NCBI RefSeq assembly: GCF_934636505.1
Contig: NZ_CAKUAL010000001.1
Span: 6,706-70,705 of the forward strand
DNA: 64,000 nt
Reading direction: 5' to 3'
Origin: an uncultured Ellagibacter sp.
Lineage (GTDB): Bacteria; Actinomycetota; Coriobacteriia; Coriobacteriales; Eggerthellaceae
Shown here: piece after piece, positions 1 to 8,800 of the stretch
Layout: each line of letters begins with the position of its first letter
How positions within the stretch are numbered: the stretch's first letter is position 1
Notes under the pieces: generated by a model
Seen by the model: only the letters and a program-made list of their open reading frames with translations
What the model was told of the DNA's origin: nothing
Database searches by the model: none
Program-made: the position numbers and the translations under genes

Positions 1-1
1 C

Positions 2-421
2 AAGAAGTGGATGGCGCTGTTCTTCCCCTACCTGTTCCTGGCAAAGTGGATTCACATGCCCGATCAGGACGAGGTGAAGTCCGGCCAGCGCTTCGCCGAC
101 GGCATGCTTTGGCTGTTTGGCCTGCTCATGGCTGTTACCGGTGTTATCCTGCTCATCGGCGAGCTGGGTCTTGCTCTCGGCACGACGGTTCATGGCGTCC
201 TGCTGTTCCTGCATGACTTCGGCTTCCTGATGATCGCCGTGTTCGGCTTGGCTCACATCTTCCTGGGTGCGGGCATCTTCCAGCCGTATCGCGGCACCCA
301 CAAGCTCATGTTCGGCAACGGCATGGTTTCCGAGTCCGACGCGATCTACCACTGGGGCCACTGGGCTCGCAAGGAGATTACCGAGGGCAAGAACGTGGTT
401 GAGAAGCCTGCAGCCAAGTAA
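2..421 (+). CDS. b-type cytochrome (gamma) subunit of formate dehydrogenase/hydrogenase type, C-terminal part; the 5' end lies outside the window
   Basis: The reading frame is open to the window edge (KKW precedes the first Met). Hydrophobic helices carry conserved His residues (LHDFGF, AHIFLG). An fdhE-like gene follows directly. Confidence 0.55.
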   Translation, partial: KKWMALFFPYLFLAKWIHMPDQDEVKSGQRFADGMLWLFGLLMAVTGVILLIGELGLALGTTVHGVLLFLHDFGFLMIAVFGLAHIFLGAGIFQPYRGTHKLMFGNGMVSESDAIYHWGHWARKEITEGKNVVEKPAAK

Positions 422-596
422 CTGATTCTGCCGGCCATTGCGGCTGGTGGAAAGCTTGATTCGGTGGACCCATCCGACAATCTCGGGTGGGTCCCCGTTC
501 TCTGTGGAGATAAATGGCTCGCTATTTGCCCGCCTCGCGTCAAACGCTTGGGTTGGGGCGAAGCAGGCAAATACGATCGACGAGAAAGGCGTGAAC

Positions 597-1511
597 ATGA
601 ACAACAAGGCTGCCAAGCTTGCGGCGGAGCATTATGGGAAAACGCTCGATGGGGTCGAAGTCTCGCGCATCGATTTCTTCATGAGCCTGTGGGCGGCACT
701 CGATGGCGCCGATGCAGCGGGGCAGACTGCTGCGGGCTATGAGGTGCCTCCTGCGGAGCGCGTGGCCGCGCTTTCCGAGGCGGAGATTCCCGTGTTCTCG
801 AACGCCCCTGTGGAAATCGACGCCGAGGCGCTTGCTCGCGGAATGTCCGCGGTCATCGCCCGCGCTGCCGAGCTGGGCGGGTTCGACGACGAGATGGCTG
901 CTGCGCTTACGGGCGTCAACTGGGATGACGTCATTGCGGCAAGCGATGTCGCCTTGGCAGGAAAGAAACCGATGGAATATCTGGCCGCATTCGCCGAGCA
1001 GCTGGTGGACGGCGGCATGACCGAGCTTCAGGCGCAGATGGGCCAGCTGTTCGCGTCGCTCGCGCTTCGTTGGCAGCTTGAGGGCCCTGCTGAGGCGGTG
1101 GCCCGCGCTCGCAAGAAGGCGAAGGTGTTCTACGACCATCAGATGCACTGCCCCGCATGCGGCGGCGATGCGACGCTCGCGCGCGTGGGCGAGGGCGGAT
1201 CGGGCGACGGCCGCAACAAGACCTTGTGGTGCGCGCAGTGCGGAACGAGCTGGGAATTCGATCGCATCCGCTGTCCTCGCTGCGGCACGCGCAACCAGGG
1301 AAACCTGCACTACTTCAACATCGAGGGTGACGAAGGCCATCGTATCGGCACGTGCGACGAGTGCGGCAGCTATATCCGCACGCGCTTTGCAGGCGAAGGC
1401 GACAACGCGCCATATTCTCCCGAGGTCGAAGACGTCGTGATGGCTCGCCTCGACGCTGTGGCTATGGACCCCTCCTTTGCGGGCGGGTCGGCCAAGCGCA
1501 CGGGCGAATAG
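597..1511 (+). CDS. fdhE: Formate dehydrogenase accessory protein FdhE
   Basis: Four CxxC pairs in typical FdhE spacing (CPACGG, CAQCG, CPRCG, CDECG). The start was moved to ATG 597, behind GAAAGG. The length of about 304 aa matches FdhE. Confidence 0.75.
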   Translation: MNNKAAKLAAEHYGKTLDGVEVSRIDFFMSLWAALDGADAAGQTAAGYEVPPAERVAALSEAEIPVFSNAPVEIDAEALARGMSAVIARAAELGGFDDEMAAALTGVNWDDVIAASDVALAGKKPMEYLAAFAEQLVDGGMTELQAQMGQLFASLALRWQLEGPAEAVARARKKAKVFYDHQMHCPACGGDATLARVGEGGSGDGRNKTLWCAQCGTSWEFDRIRCPRCGTRNQGNLHYFNIEGDEGHRIGTCDECGSYIRTRFAGEGDNAPYSPEVEDVVMARLDAVAMDPSFAGGSAKRTGE

Positions 1512-1588
1512 GCGAGCAAACAGGCGAATAGTCGAGCGAACCGCGGGTGATGTGAGCTTTCTTCTCGCTGACGTGGGGTCTCATTCAA

Positions 1589-1620
1589 GGGCGTCGACAT
1601 TGTCGGCGCCCTCGTTATTT
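1589..1620 (+). terminator. Putative rho-independent terminator after fdhE
   Basis: A 9-bp stem (GGGCGTCGA / TCGGCGCCC, one G-U pair) with a 5-nt loop, followed by a T-rich tail CGTTATTT. Confidence 0.4.
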
Positions 1621-1784
1621 CCCTGACGACGGTCCACCCAGAGATGCCTTGGCGTCAAAATGAAGTCACCAAAACCCCTCTCGATTCTGCCTTGCTCGTA
1701 TTGAATCGTCGAAACCACGCAGGTGCGGCCTGGTTCCCCTATACTGATGCTCATCTCACAAACTTACAAGAAGGCGAGTTACAC

Positions 1785-2756
1785 ATGATCGAAGTGCTTT
1801 GGCACGGTCGCGGCGGGCAGGGGGCCTTCACAGCGGCACGGCTTTTGGGCGCGGCGTCCTCGTTCGCCGACGGCTCCTATGCGTTGGCGTTTCCCTCGTT
1901 CGGCCCCGAGCGTCGCGGCGCTCCTATGCGCGCGTTCACCAAGATGTCGCGCAAGCCGATTGGCGATCGCAGTGCGGTGAACAGGGCGAACTACGTTATC
2001 TACCTCGACGATACGCTGCTTGGCGAAGGTTGGGAGGACGAGCTGCTTCCTGATGGGAAAGTCATCGTGAACTCGGTGCGCTCGTTCGACGATCCGCGCA
2101 TCGTCGCCATCGACGCAAACGGCATCTCTCAAGAAATTCTCGGCCGGCCGATTCCCAACACGGCGCTTCTCGGTGCGCTGTGCTCAGTGTGCGACTATGT
2201 GAGCGTCGACGACGTGAAGCGAGCCATCGAGGGCTATATGCCCGCGAAGCTGCACGAGAAGAACAAGCGCGTAGTCGATGCGGCGCTTGAGGCGGTGGGG
2301 AAAACTCGCGCAGCGGGAGTGGTCGCAAATACCGACGAGTCCACCGAATCCCAGGTCGGCGACTCTGTTTCACGTGAAACGGCCAAGGGGGAGTCTGCTC
2401 TTGCGCCCGCTTCCCGCGGCGAAGCGCTCATTCCCACGCTGCAAACCGCTGCGCTCGATCCCGCCGACTTCGCCCATACTACCTGCTACGACGGCGGTTA
2501 CCTCGTGGCGAAGAACGCAGGCTGGCGCAATATGCGTCCGGTGCTCGATGCCGGGAAATGCACGGGCTGTCTGCAGTGTTACCTGTACTGCCCCGACGGC
2601 TGTGTCTTCCGTCCTGCGCGGCATGCGACCGATGCAGCGGGCGCGGCAGCCGTGGCCATCGATTATGATTTCTGCAAGGGGTGCGGCGTGTGCGTCGAGG
2701 TGTGCCGCTTCGGCGCGCTTGCCATGGTCCACGAAAGCGAGGGCGATGAGCGATGA
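1785..2756 (+). CDS. 2-oxoacid:ferredoxin oxidoreductase, fused gamma-delta subunit
   Basis: N-terminal gamma-subunit motif WHGRGGQGAFTAARLLG. The C-terminus has two 4Fe-4S motifs (CTGCLQCYLYCP, CKGCGVCVEVC). ATG 1785 lies behind AAGGCGAG. Confidence 0.8.
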   Translation: MIEVLWHGRGGQGAFTAARLLGAASSFADGSYALAFPSFGPERRGAPMRAFTKMSRKPIGDRSAVNRANYVIYLDDTLLGEGWEDELLPDGKVIVNSVRSFDDPRIVAIDANGISQEILGRPIPNTALLGALCSVCDYVSVDDVKRAIEGYMPAKLHEKNKRVVDAALEAVGKTRAAGVVANTDESTESQVGDSVSRETAKGESALAPASRGEALIPTLQTAALDPADFAHTTCYDGGYLVAKNAGWRNMRPVLDAGKCTGCLQCYLYCPDGCVFRPARHATDAAGAAAVAIDYDFCKGCGVCVEVCRFGALAMVHESEGDER

Positions 2757-4033
2757 AACGTTTCCTTTCAGGCGACGAGGCCTTCGCCGAAGGCGTTCGT
2801 CTCGCGAAGCCGCAGGTGATTTCCGCCTATCCCATCACGCCGCAGACCGTCGTCGTCGAGCGTCTTTCCGAGATGGTGGAAGAAGGCTCGCTCAAGGCGG
2901 AATACGTGCATGTGGAATCCGAGCATTCTGCCCTTTCCTGCGCGATGGGCGCATCGGCCACGGGCGCGCGCACGTTTACGGCGACCTCGAGCCAGGGCCT
3001 TCTCTACATGGCGGAGGTCCTCACCTACGCCGCGGGCGGGCGTTTTCCCATCGTGATGATGAACGCGAACCGCGCAACGGCGCTCCCGTGGAACATCTAC
3101 GGCGATCAGCGCGATTCGCTGGCGCTGCTCGACCATGGGTGGATCCAGGCGTATGCGGAAAACAACCAGGAGGCGCTTGACCTGGCGCTTATGGCATATG
3201 CGGTGGCTGAAGACCCCGCGGTGCTCACCCCGTTCATGGTGAACCTGGACGGGTTTGCGCTTACCCACACCTACGAGACGGTCGATGTGCCGGCCGAGGA
3301 AGACGCCGATGCGTTCTTGCCGCCGTATCAGGCGACGAACTGCTTCGACTTCGAGCATCCGAAGAATATCGGATATTCCGCCGGCCCCGACTACAACCGC
3401 TACTTCAAATACTACGAGCACAGAGACATGCTCGGCGCATTCGAGGCGATCGATCGCGCGGAAGCGCGCTTTGCGGAATGCTTCGGTCGTGCGTATACAG
3501 GCCCCATCGAAGTGGTGAGCTGCGACGATGCTGAAGCCGTTCTTGTGACGCTGGGCTCGATCGCGGGGCTTGCGCGCGAGTCGGTCGCAAGGCTGCGCGC
3601 GCAGGGCAAGCGCGTGGGCCTTCTGCGCGTCCGCTACATGCGTCCCTTCCCTGCAACCCTCATCGCCAAGGCGCTTACGGGTGCGGCGGCGGTCGGCGTG
3701 CTGGAGAAGGACATCTCCTTCGGGGCTGAGGGCACGGTGTTCACGAACGTGAATTCCGCGCTCCAGCAAGCGGGGTGCATGGTGCCGACGTTCAACTTCA
3801 TCGGCGGCCTCGGCGGTGACGACATCACGAGTGCCCAGATGGACGCCATGTTCGACGCGCTGCTCGATAGTGCGGGCGAGCGAGGGCGCGATGATACTGC
3901 CGCCAGGCGGAGCTGCGACGATGCCTCTACCGGCCAGAGAGCTGGACTCGGCCGCGTGAGCTTCTTTGGGATAGACTTTCCCGTTGCGGACCAGCCTGCA
4001 TGCGGCGACGATTGCGAAGAAGGTGCGCGATAA
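2753..4033 (+). CDS. 2-oxoacid:ferredoxin oxidoreductase, alpha subunit (POR/VOR/KOR family)
   Basis: Typical PorA N-terminus (GDEAFAEGVRLA...ISAYPITPQT...ESEHSALSCAMGAS). ATGA overlap with the upstream gene. Confidence 0.85.
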   Translation: MKRFLSGDEAFAEGVRLAKPQVISAYPITPQTVVVERLSEMVEEGSLKAEYVHVESEHSALSCAMGASATGARTFTATSSQGLLYMAEVLTYAAGGRFPIVMMNANRATALPWNIYGDQRDSLALLDHGWIQAYAENNQEALDLALMAYAVAEDPAVLTPFMVNLDGFALTHTYETVDVPAEEDADAFLPPYQATNCFDFEHPKNIGYSAGPDYNRYFKYYEHRDMLGAFEAIDRAEARFAECFGRAYTGPIEVVSCDDAEAVLVTLGSIAGLARESVARLRAQGKRVGLLRVRYMRPFPATLIAKALTGAAAVGVLEKDISFGAEGTVFTNVNSALQQAGCMVPTFNFIGGLGGDDITSAQMDAMFDALLDSAGERGRDDTAARRSCDDASTGQRAGLGRVSFFGIDFPVADQPACGDDCEEGAR

Positions 4034-4950
4034 TGGCGATGAATGCGAAGAACATGCCTGCTGACGAGCTGTTTTTCGGGCATAAGGCATGCGCTGGCTG
4101 CGGCGGCTCGCTTGCGGTCCGTGCAGCGCTGAAGGTGCTCGGTCCGAACGCGGTGGCGGCACTGCCCGCGGGTTGCATGAGCGCCGTCGGCTTCAACTTC
4201 CCCCAGCTGTGCTTTGCGAACAACGCGATGATCACGCCCTTTGCGGCCACGGCGGCCGTGCTCACGGGTATCGAGACCGGTTTGCGGGCTCAGGGGAAGA
4301 AGCCCGACGATTGCACGGTCGTCGGCTTTGCGGGCGACGGCGGCACGGCAGATATCGGCATCCAGGCGCTTTCGGGCGCGATCGATCGCAACGACGACGT
4401 CCTCTATATTTGCTACGACAATGAGGCGTACATGAACACGGGCATCCAGAAAAGCTCGCTCACCCCCTTCGGCGCTAAGACCACAACGACCCCCGCAGGG
4501 AAGAATGCCCACGGATGCCTCACGCAGAAGAAGAACGTGTTCGAGATTATCGCAGCTCACGGGCTTCCCTATGCCGCAACGGCGAGTGTCGGGTATATGA
4601 ACGACTTCCTGAAAAAGCTCGAGCGCGCGAAGGGTATCCACGGTATGCGGTTCATTCACGTGATCGCGCCGTGCCCGACGGGGTGGGGTGCCCCTGAGTC
4701 GAAGATGGTCGACCTCGCTCGCGACGTGGTCGATTGCGGACTGTGGTATCTCGCCGAATACGAGGGCGAGCAGGAGAGCGGCGTTCCTGGTGGGAAGTTC
4801 ACGCTCAACCGCAAGCCCCGCGAGTTCGCGAGCGTGCGCGATTACCTGAAGAGCCAAGGCCGCTTCCGTGCTCTTAGCGACGAGGAGATTTCCCTGGTCG
4901 AGCGCTCGCGCGATGCGAAGTGGGAAATGATCGAGCGCGATTGGGCTTAA
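4033..4950 (+). CDS. 2-oxoacid:ferredoxin oxidoreductase, beta (TPP-binding) subunit
   Basis: CAGCGG cluster motif and TPP motif GFAGDGGTADIG...YDNEAYMNTG. The ATG overlaps the TAA of the alpha gene by 1 nt. Confidence 0.85.
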   Translation: MAMNAKNMPADELFFGHKACAGCGGSLAVRAALKVLGPNAVAALPAGCMSAVGFNFPQLCFANNAMITPFAATAAVLTGIETGLRAQGKKPDDCTVVGFAGDGGTADIGIQALSGAIDRNDDVLYICYDNEAYMNTGIQKSSLTPFGAKTTTTPAGKNAHGCLTQKKNVFEIIAAHGLPYAATASVGYMNDFLKKLERAKGIHGMRFIHVIAPCPTGWGAPESKMVDLARDVVDCGLWYLAEYEGEQESGVPGGKFTLNRKPREFASVRDYLKSQGRFRALSDEEISLVERSRDAKWEMIERDWA

Positions 4951-4952
4951 CG

Positions 4953-5390
4953 CTAGCCGTCAACTCCTCGTTGCGCTTCGTGTCGCTCGCCCTTGTCGAC
5001 GATGTCGACCGACTCGATGTTTGAGGCGTCACCGCCTTCGACTCGGTACTCGGTGAGGCGCAGGTCCATGGTCTCGATATCGCTCGCTGGCTTTTTCAGC
5101 TGCACAACGAGGGTCGATCCTTCCTGGGTGATCGACTCGATTTCTTTCCCGGGAATCGACCCTCCTGAAAGCTGCACTTGAATCCAGCCGTCTTGCGGTT
5201 TCCAGCCGCTGCCAGGCATGGCCACGATGGCGCCGCCGGAAACCTGCATACACAATACGGGCAGGTCGTCGTCTTGCGTCCATGTCCATGTGGCTTTGGC
5301 GTCATCCGAGGCACTGCAGCCGAGTGCCGTTGCGGCCACGGCTGTGCATGCTGTCGTTACAAATGCCCTTCTCGTCATATGCTTTGCCAT
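4953..5390 (-). CDS. Hypothetical lipoprotein
   Basis: Signal peptide with lipobox (AATALGC). GGAGG RBS upstream of ATG 5390. Confidence 0.6.
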   Translation of the reverse strand: MAKHMTRRAFVTTACTAVAATALGCSASDDAKATWTWTQDDDLPVLCMQVSGGAIVAMPGSGWKPQDGWIQVQLSGGSIPGKEIESITQEGSTLVVQLKKPASDIETMDLRLTEYRVEGGDASNIESVDIVDKGERHEAQRGVDG

Positions 5391-5813
5391 CGTCGCCTCC
5401 GTTTCGAGCGGCTTTCATTGGCTGTCATTGTCCCATATTTGGCACTGGGCCGTCGAGCGAGCCTTGCCGCAAAGGTGGTTTTGAAACCAATTTGCCACCC
5501 CATCCATATTCTCTTACGCCGAATTAAAGTAAGTGATATGCTGAATCATTTCGTCGCCTTACTAAACGATTGGTACGTGAATCAATGAAACAGCAGGTGG
5601 CGATAAAGAGCGAACAATATATTGAGGTAACTATTTACGATATTGTCATCCTGCAAATACCCAAAAAGTGCTAGTATGTTGAATTCGTAAAAACCGCATC
5701 TGGAAATGTCCCTCTATAACAGAGGGCTTGCCTATGACGAGAGGCAATTTTGACCAGCTAAATCTGCGGAGATAGTTAGGCTGCAAGCTTCATTCGAAGC
5801 CTAGGCTGACGGG

Positions 5814-8800
5814 GTGAGGAACATAAATAACACGATAAATCACATGAGAGAGGCTAAGAGCTCGGCCAATTGCACATCATGGGGCAACAAGGTTGTCTCT
5901 GTCGTGCTGTCTGCCATCTTGCTGGGTTTCGGCTGGCCTGCCGTGAATCCTGCCGAGGTGTATGCGGAAGATGGCGCTGCCAATGGTGGAGGGAGCTCCC
6001 AGCTTTCTGACGACGCTGCAAACCTTGCGGCGACGTTGGGTGGGGGCGACGATGCTCCCGCTCGCCCGAGCGGCGAATCCGTGGGAATCTCTTCTCCTGC
6101 GCTTGTGGGCGTGGAATCAGATATTGCGGGCGATAGCGGCGACTCCAACACCCCTTCAGCCACTAACAATGAATCCGGCAAGGCTGCTGATTCTTCCGCC
6201 GTCGCGGACGCCGCGGTTGCACAGTCCCTCTCTATCACCGGCGCCGACACCGTCGCGCAGTTCTCCACGATGCAGCTGACGGCAACGACGAGCCCCACAA
6301 ATGCTGAGGGGACTTACGTCTGGTCCTCGAACAACGACAATATCCTTACGGTCGACCAAAGCGGAACGGTGACGGGCGTCCGCCAAGGCGCCGCGACGGT
6401 CACCTTGAACTATACGAGCCCAGACGGTGCCACCACGCTTACCGCGACGCACGACGTGACGGTCACCTCCCCCACGGCTGCAACCAATAGCGCCCTCTTC
6501 TATTACCTGAACAACCCCAACGGATCGCTCGATTCCACCAGCACAACCCAGTGGACCAGCCTTGGTAGCGGCAGCGTGAACCTCACCGGGCTCAGCAGCA
6601 GCAATTTTCCAAAGGACAACGGGAAGACCGCCGTCTTCGATCGCGTTTCCGATCGTGTGATCACCTGGCCCGATGGTTCCACGGGGGACGAGTACCAGGT
6701 TGCTCGCGGAAGCAGCGACTGGAACAATATTTTCAAGGCGTACAAATCGGTAATCGAAGGGATGCTGCCGGGCGTCACGGTGACCGATGAGGACGTGGAA
6801 TCCATCTGCGTCAAGCCGTACAAGCTGACGAACAACAACGATGGCTATCACGTCGACTGCTCCGTGTCCATCACGTGCCGCAACCTGTTCAACGCCCGTT
6901 ATTACGTCGATGATCCGACGACGCCGGGCGAGGGATTCCAGCTTGTCGCCTCGAAACTGACGTACCGCGAGGGTGATACCACCGACATCGCCGACTTCGC
7001 CGACGTGAGCCTTCCGCCTTCCAAGACGGTTGGCGGCATCGAGTATACCTTCAATGGTTGGTATACCGACCAAGCATTAACTCAGCAGGTGGAGCTCCCC
7101 TATACGGTAGACGGGAACGTGAACTTCTACGCCAAGTATCTTTCGGGGCGCCAGGTCATCTACGATTTGGCGGGCGGAAGCTGGAACAACAGCGACGCTC
7201 TCGTGCATGCTGCTCAGGAGGGCTCGACGCAGACGGTGAAAGCCGAGCCTACCCGCGTGGGGCACGAGTTCGCTGGCTGGATCGTTTCGGGACTCGATGG
7301 TGTGACGACGCTTGAAAGCGGCGCGAGCTTCACCATGCCCGATAACAACGTTACGCTTACAGCGACGTGGATTGAGTTGCCCGCCTGCAAGGTGAAATAC
7401 CTGGAGAAGGGCACTGACAAGGAGCTATCTCCTTCTGACACGCTCTACGGGCACGCTGGCGATGTTGTGACGGCGGACGCGAAGGATGACATCGAGGGCT
7501 ACCACCTGGTCGATCCGTCGCAAGCGTCCGGGAAGGCGACGCTCGTCGAAGGCGAGGCGCCCGAGATCGTCTTCTACTATGAGAAGGACGCTGCTGACTA
7601 CCAGGTGAACTATTACCTCAACGGCACCGAGCAGAAGGTTGCAGACTCCGAGACGCTGAGCGCTCCGTGGGGGAGCGAAGTTGCGGCTTCCGACCTTGCG
7701 AAGGGCATCGACGGTTACACTGCAGTGCCTGGTCAGACGGCAACCGCAACCGTTGAGCTCGACGGCAGCACCGTCATCAACGTCTACTACTATCAGAACG
7801 TGACGCTCACGGCGAATTCCGCAACGAGGGAATACACGGGCGAGCAGCAGCGCGTCGAAGGCTACACCTGCGATGTTGCAGAGGCCACGTTCGCAGGTGT
7901 CTCGCTTCTCGGCGGCAGGGGCACCGATGCGGGCGACTATCCGTATGCCTTTGCTGCGGGAGCGGTCGGCACGGTGAGCGCCGATGGCAAGTACATTGTC
8001 GCGAAAACGAATGACGGCAAGCTTTTGATCAGCGCAAACTCCCAGCAGATCGTCGTCAAGATCAAGGGCAACACGGGCGGCGGGAAGTACGACGGCACGG
8101 AGCAGAGCGTCGAGGGCTACGCCGTCTCCTACGTGGTCGGCGGCGCTGCGAGCATCGACGCCCCCGCCGGCTTCGATGCGGGCGACATCTCATTCGCGGG
8201 CGCGGCGAAGGCGACGGGCGCCGACGCGGGCAGCTACCCCATGGGCCTCAAGGCGGGCGACTTCAGCTACGGCGGCAAGAACTTCTCGAACGTCAGCTTC
8301 GAGGTCGAGGACGGCCGCCTCGATATCTCGAAGCGCGCGCTGATCATCAAGCCCAAGGACGCCTCCCGGGTCTACAACGGCGAGGCGCTCACGGCGAGCG
8401 AGTGGGAGGTCGTCGAGGGCTCGCCCGACCAGTTCCTCGCAGGCCAGGGTATCGTCGATCCCGTGTTCTCCGGCTCGCAGACCGCGCCGGGGACGAGCGA
8501 GAGCTCCATCGTCGGGTGGGGCTACCAGGAGGGCACCAAGGCCGGCAACTACGAGATCCGCACCGAGAAGGGCACGCTGAACGTGACCTCGCGCGGCGCG
8601 ACCGAGACCATCACGGTCGAGGCCAACTCGACGATGGCGACCTACGACGGCAAGAGCCACTCCGCCGTGGGCCTCAAAGCCACGGAGTTCGTCGTCGGCG
8701 GAAAGACATACACGGTCTCCGGCCTCTCCACCGAGGATCCTTCCGCGACCGATGCGGGCACCTACACCAACAACATCACCGGCACCGCCAAGGTGACCGA

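Noticed and set aside
2768-4857. 464-aa and 407-aa minus-strand ORFs
   Set aside because: They are antisense to the porA and porB genes. Their composition is Arg-rich and low-complexity.
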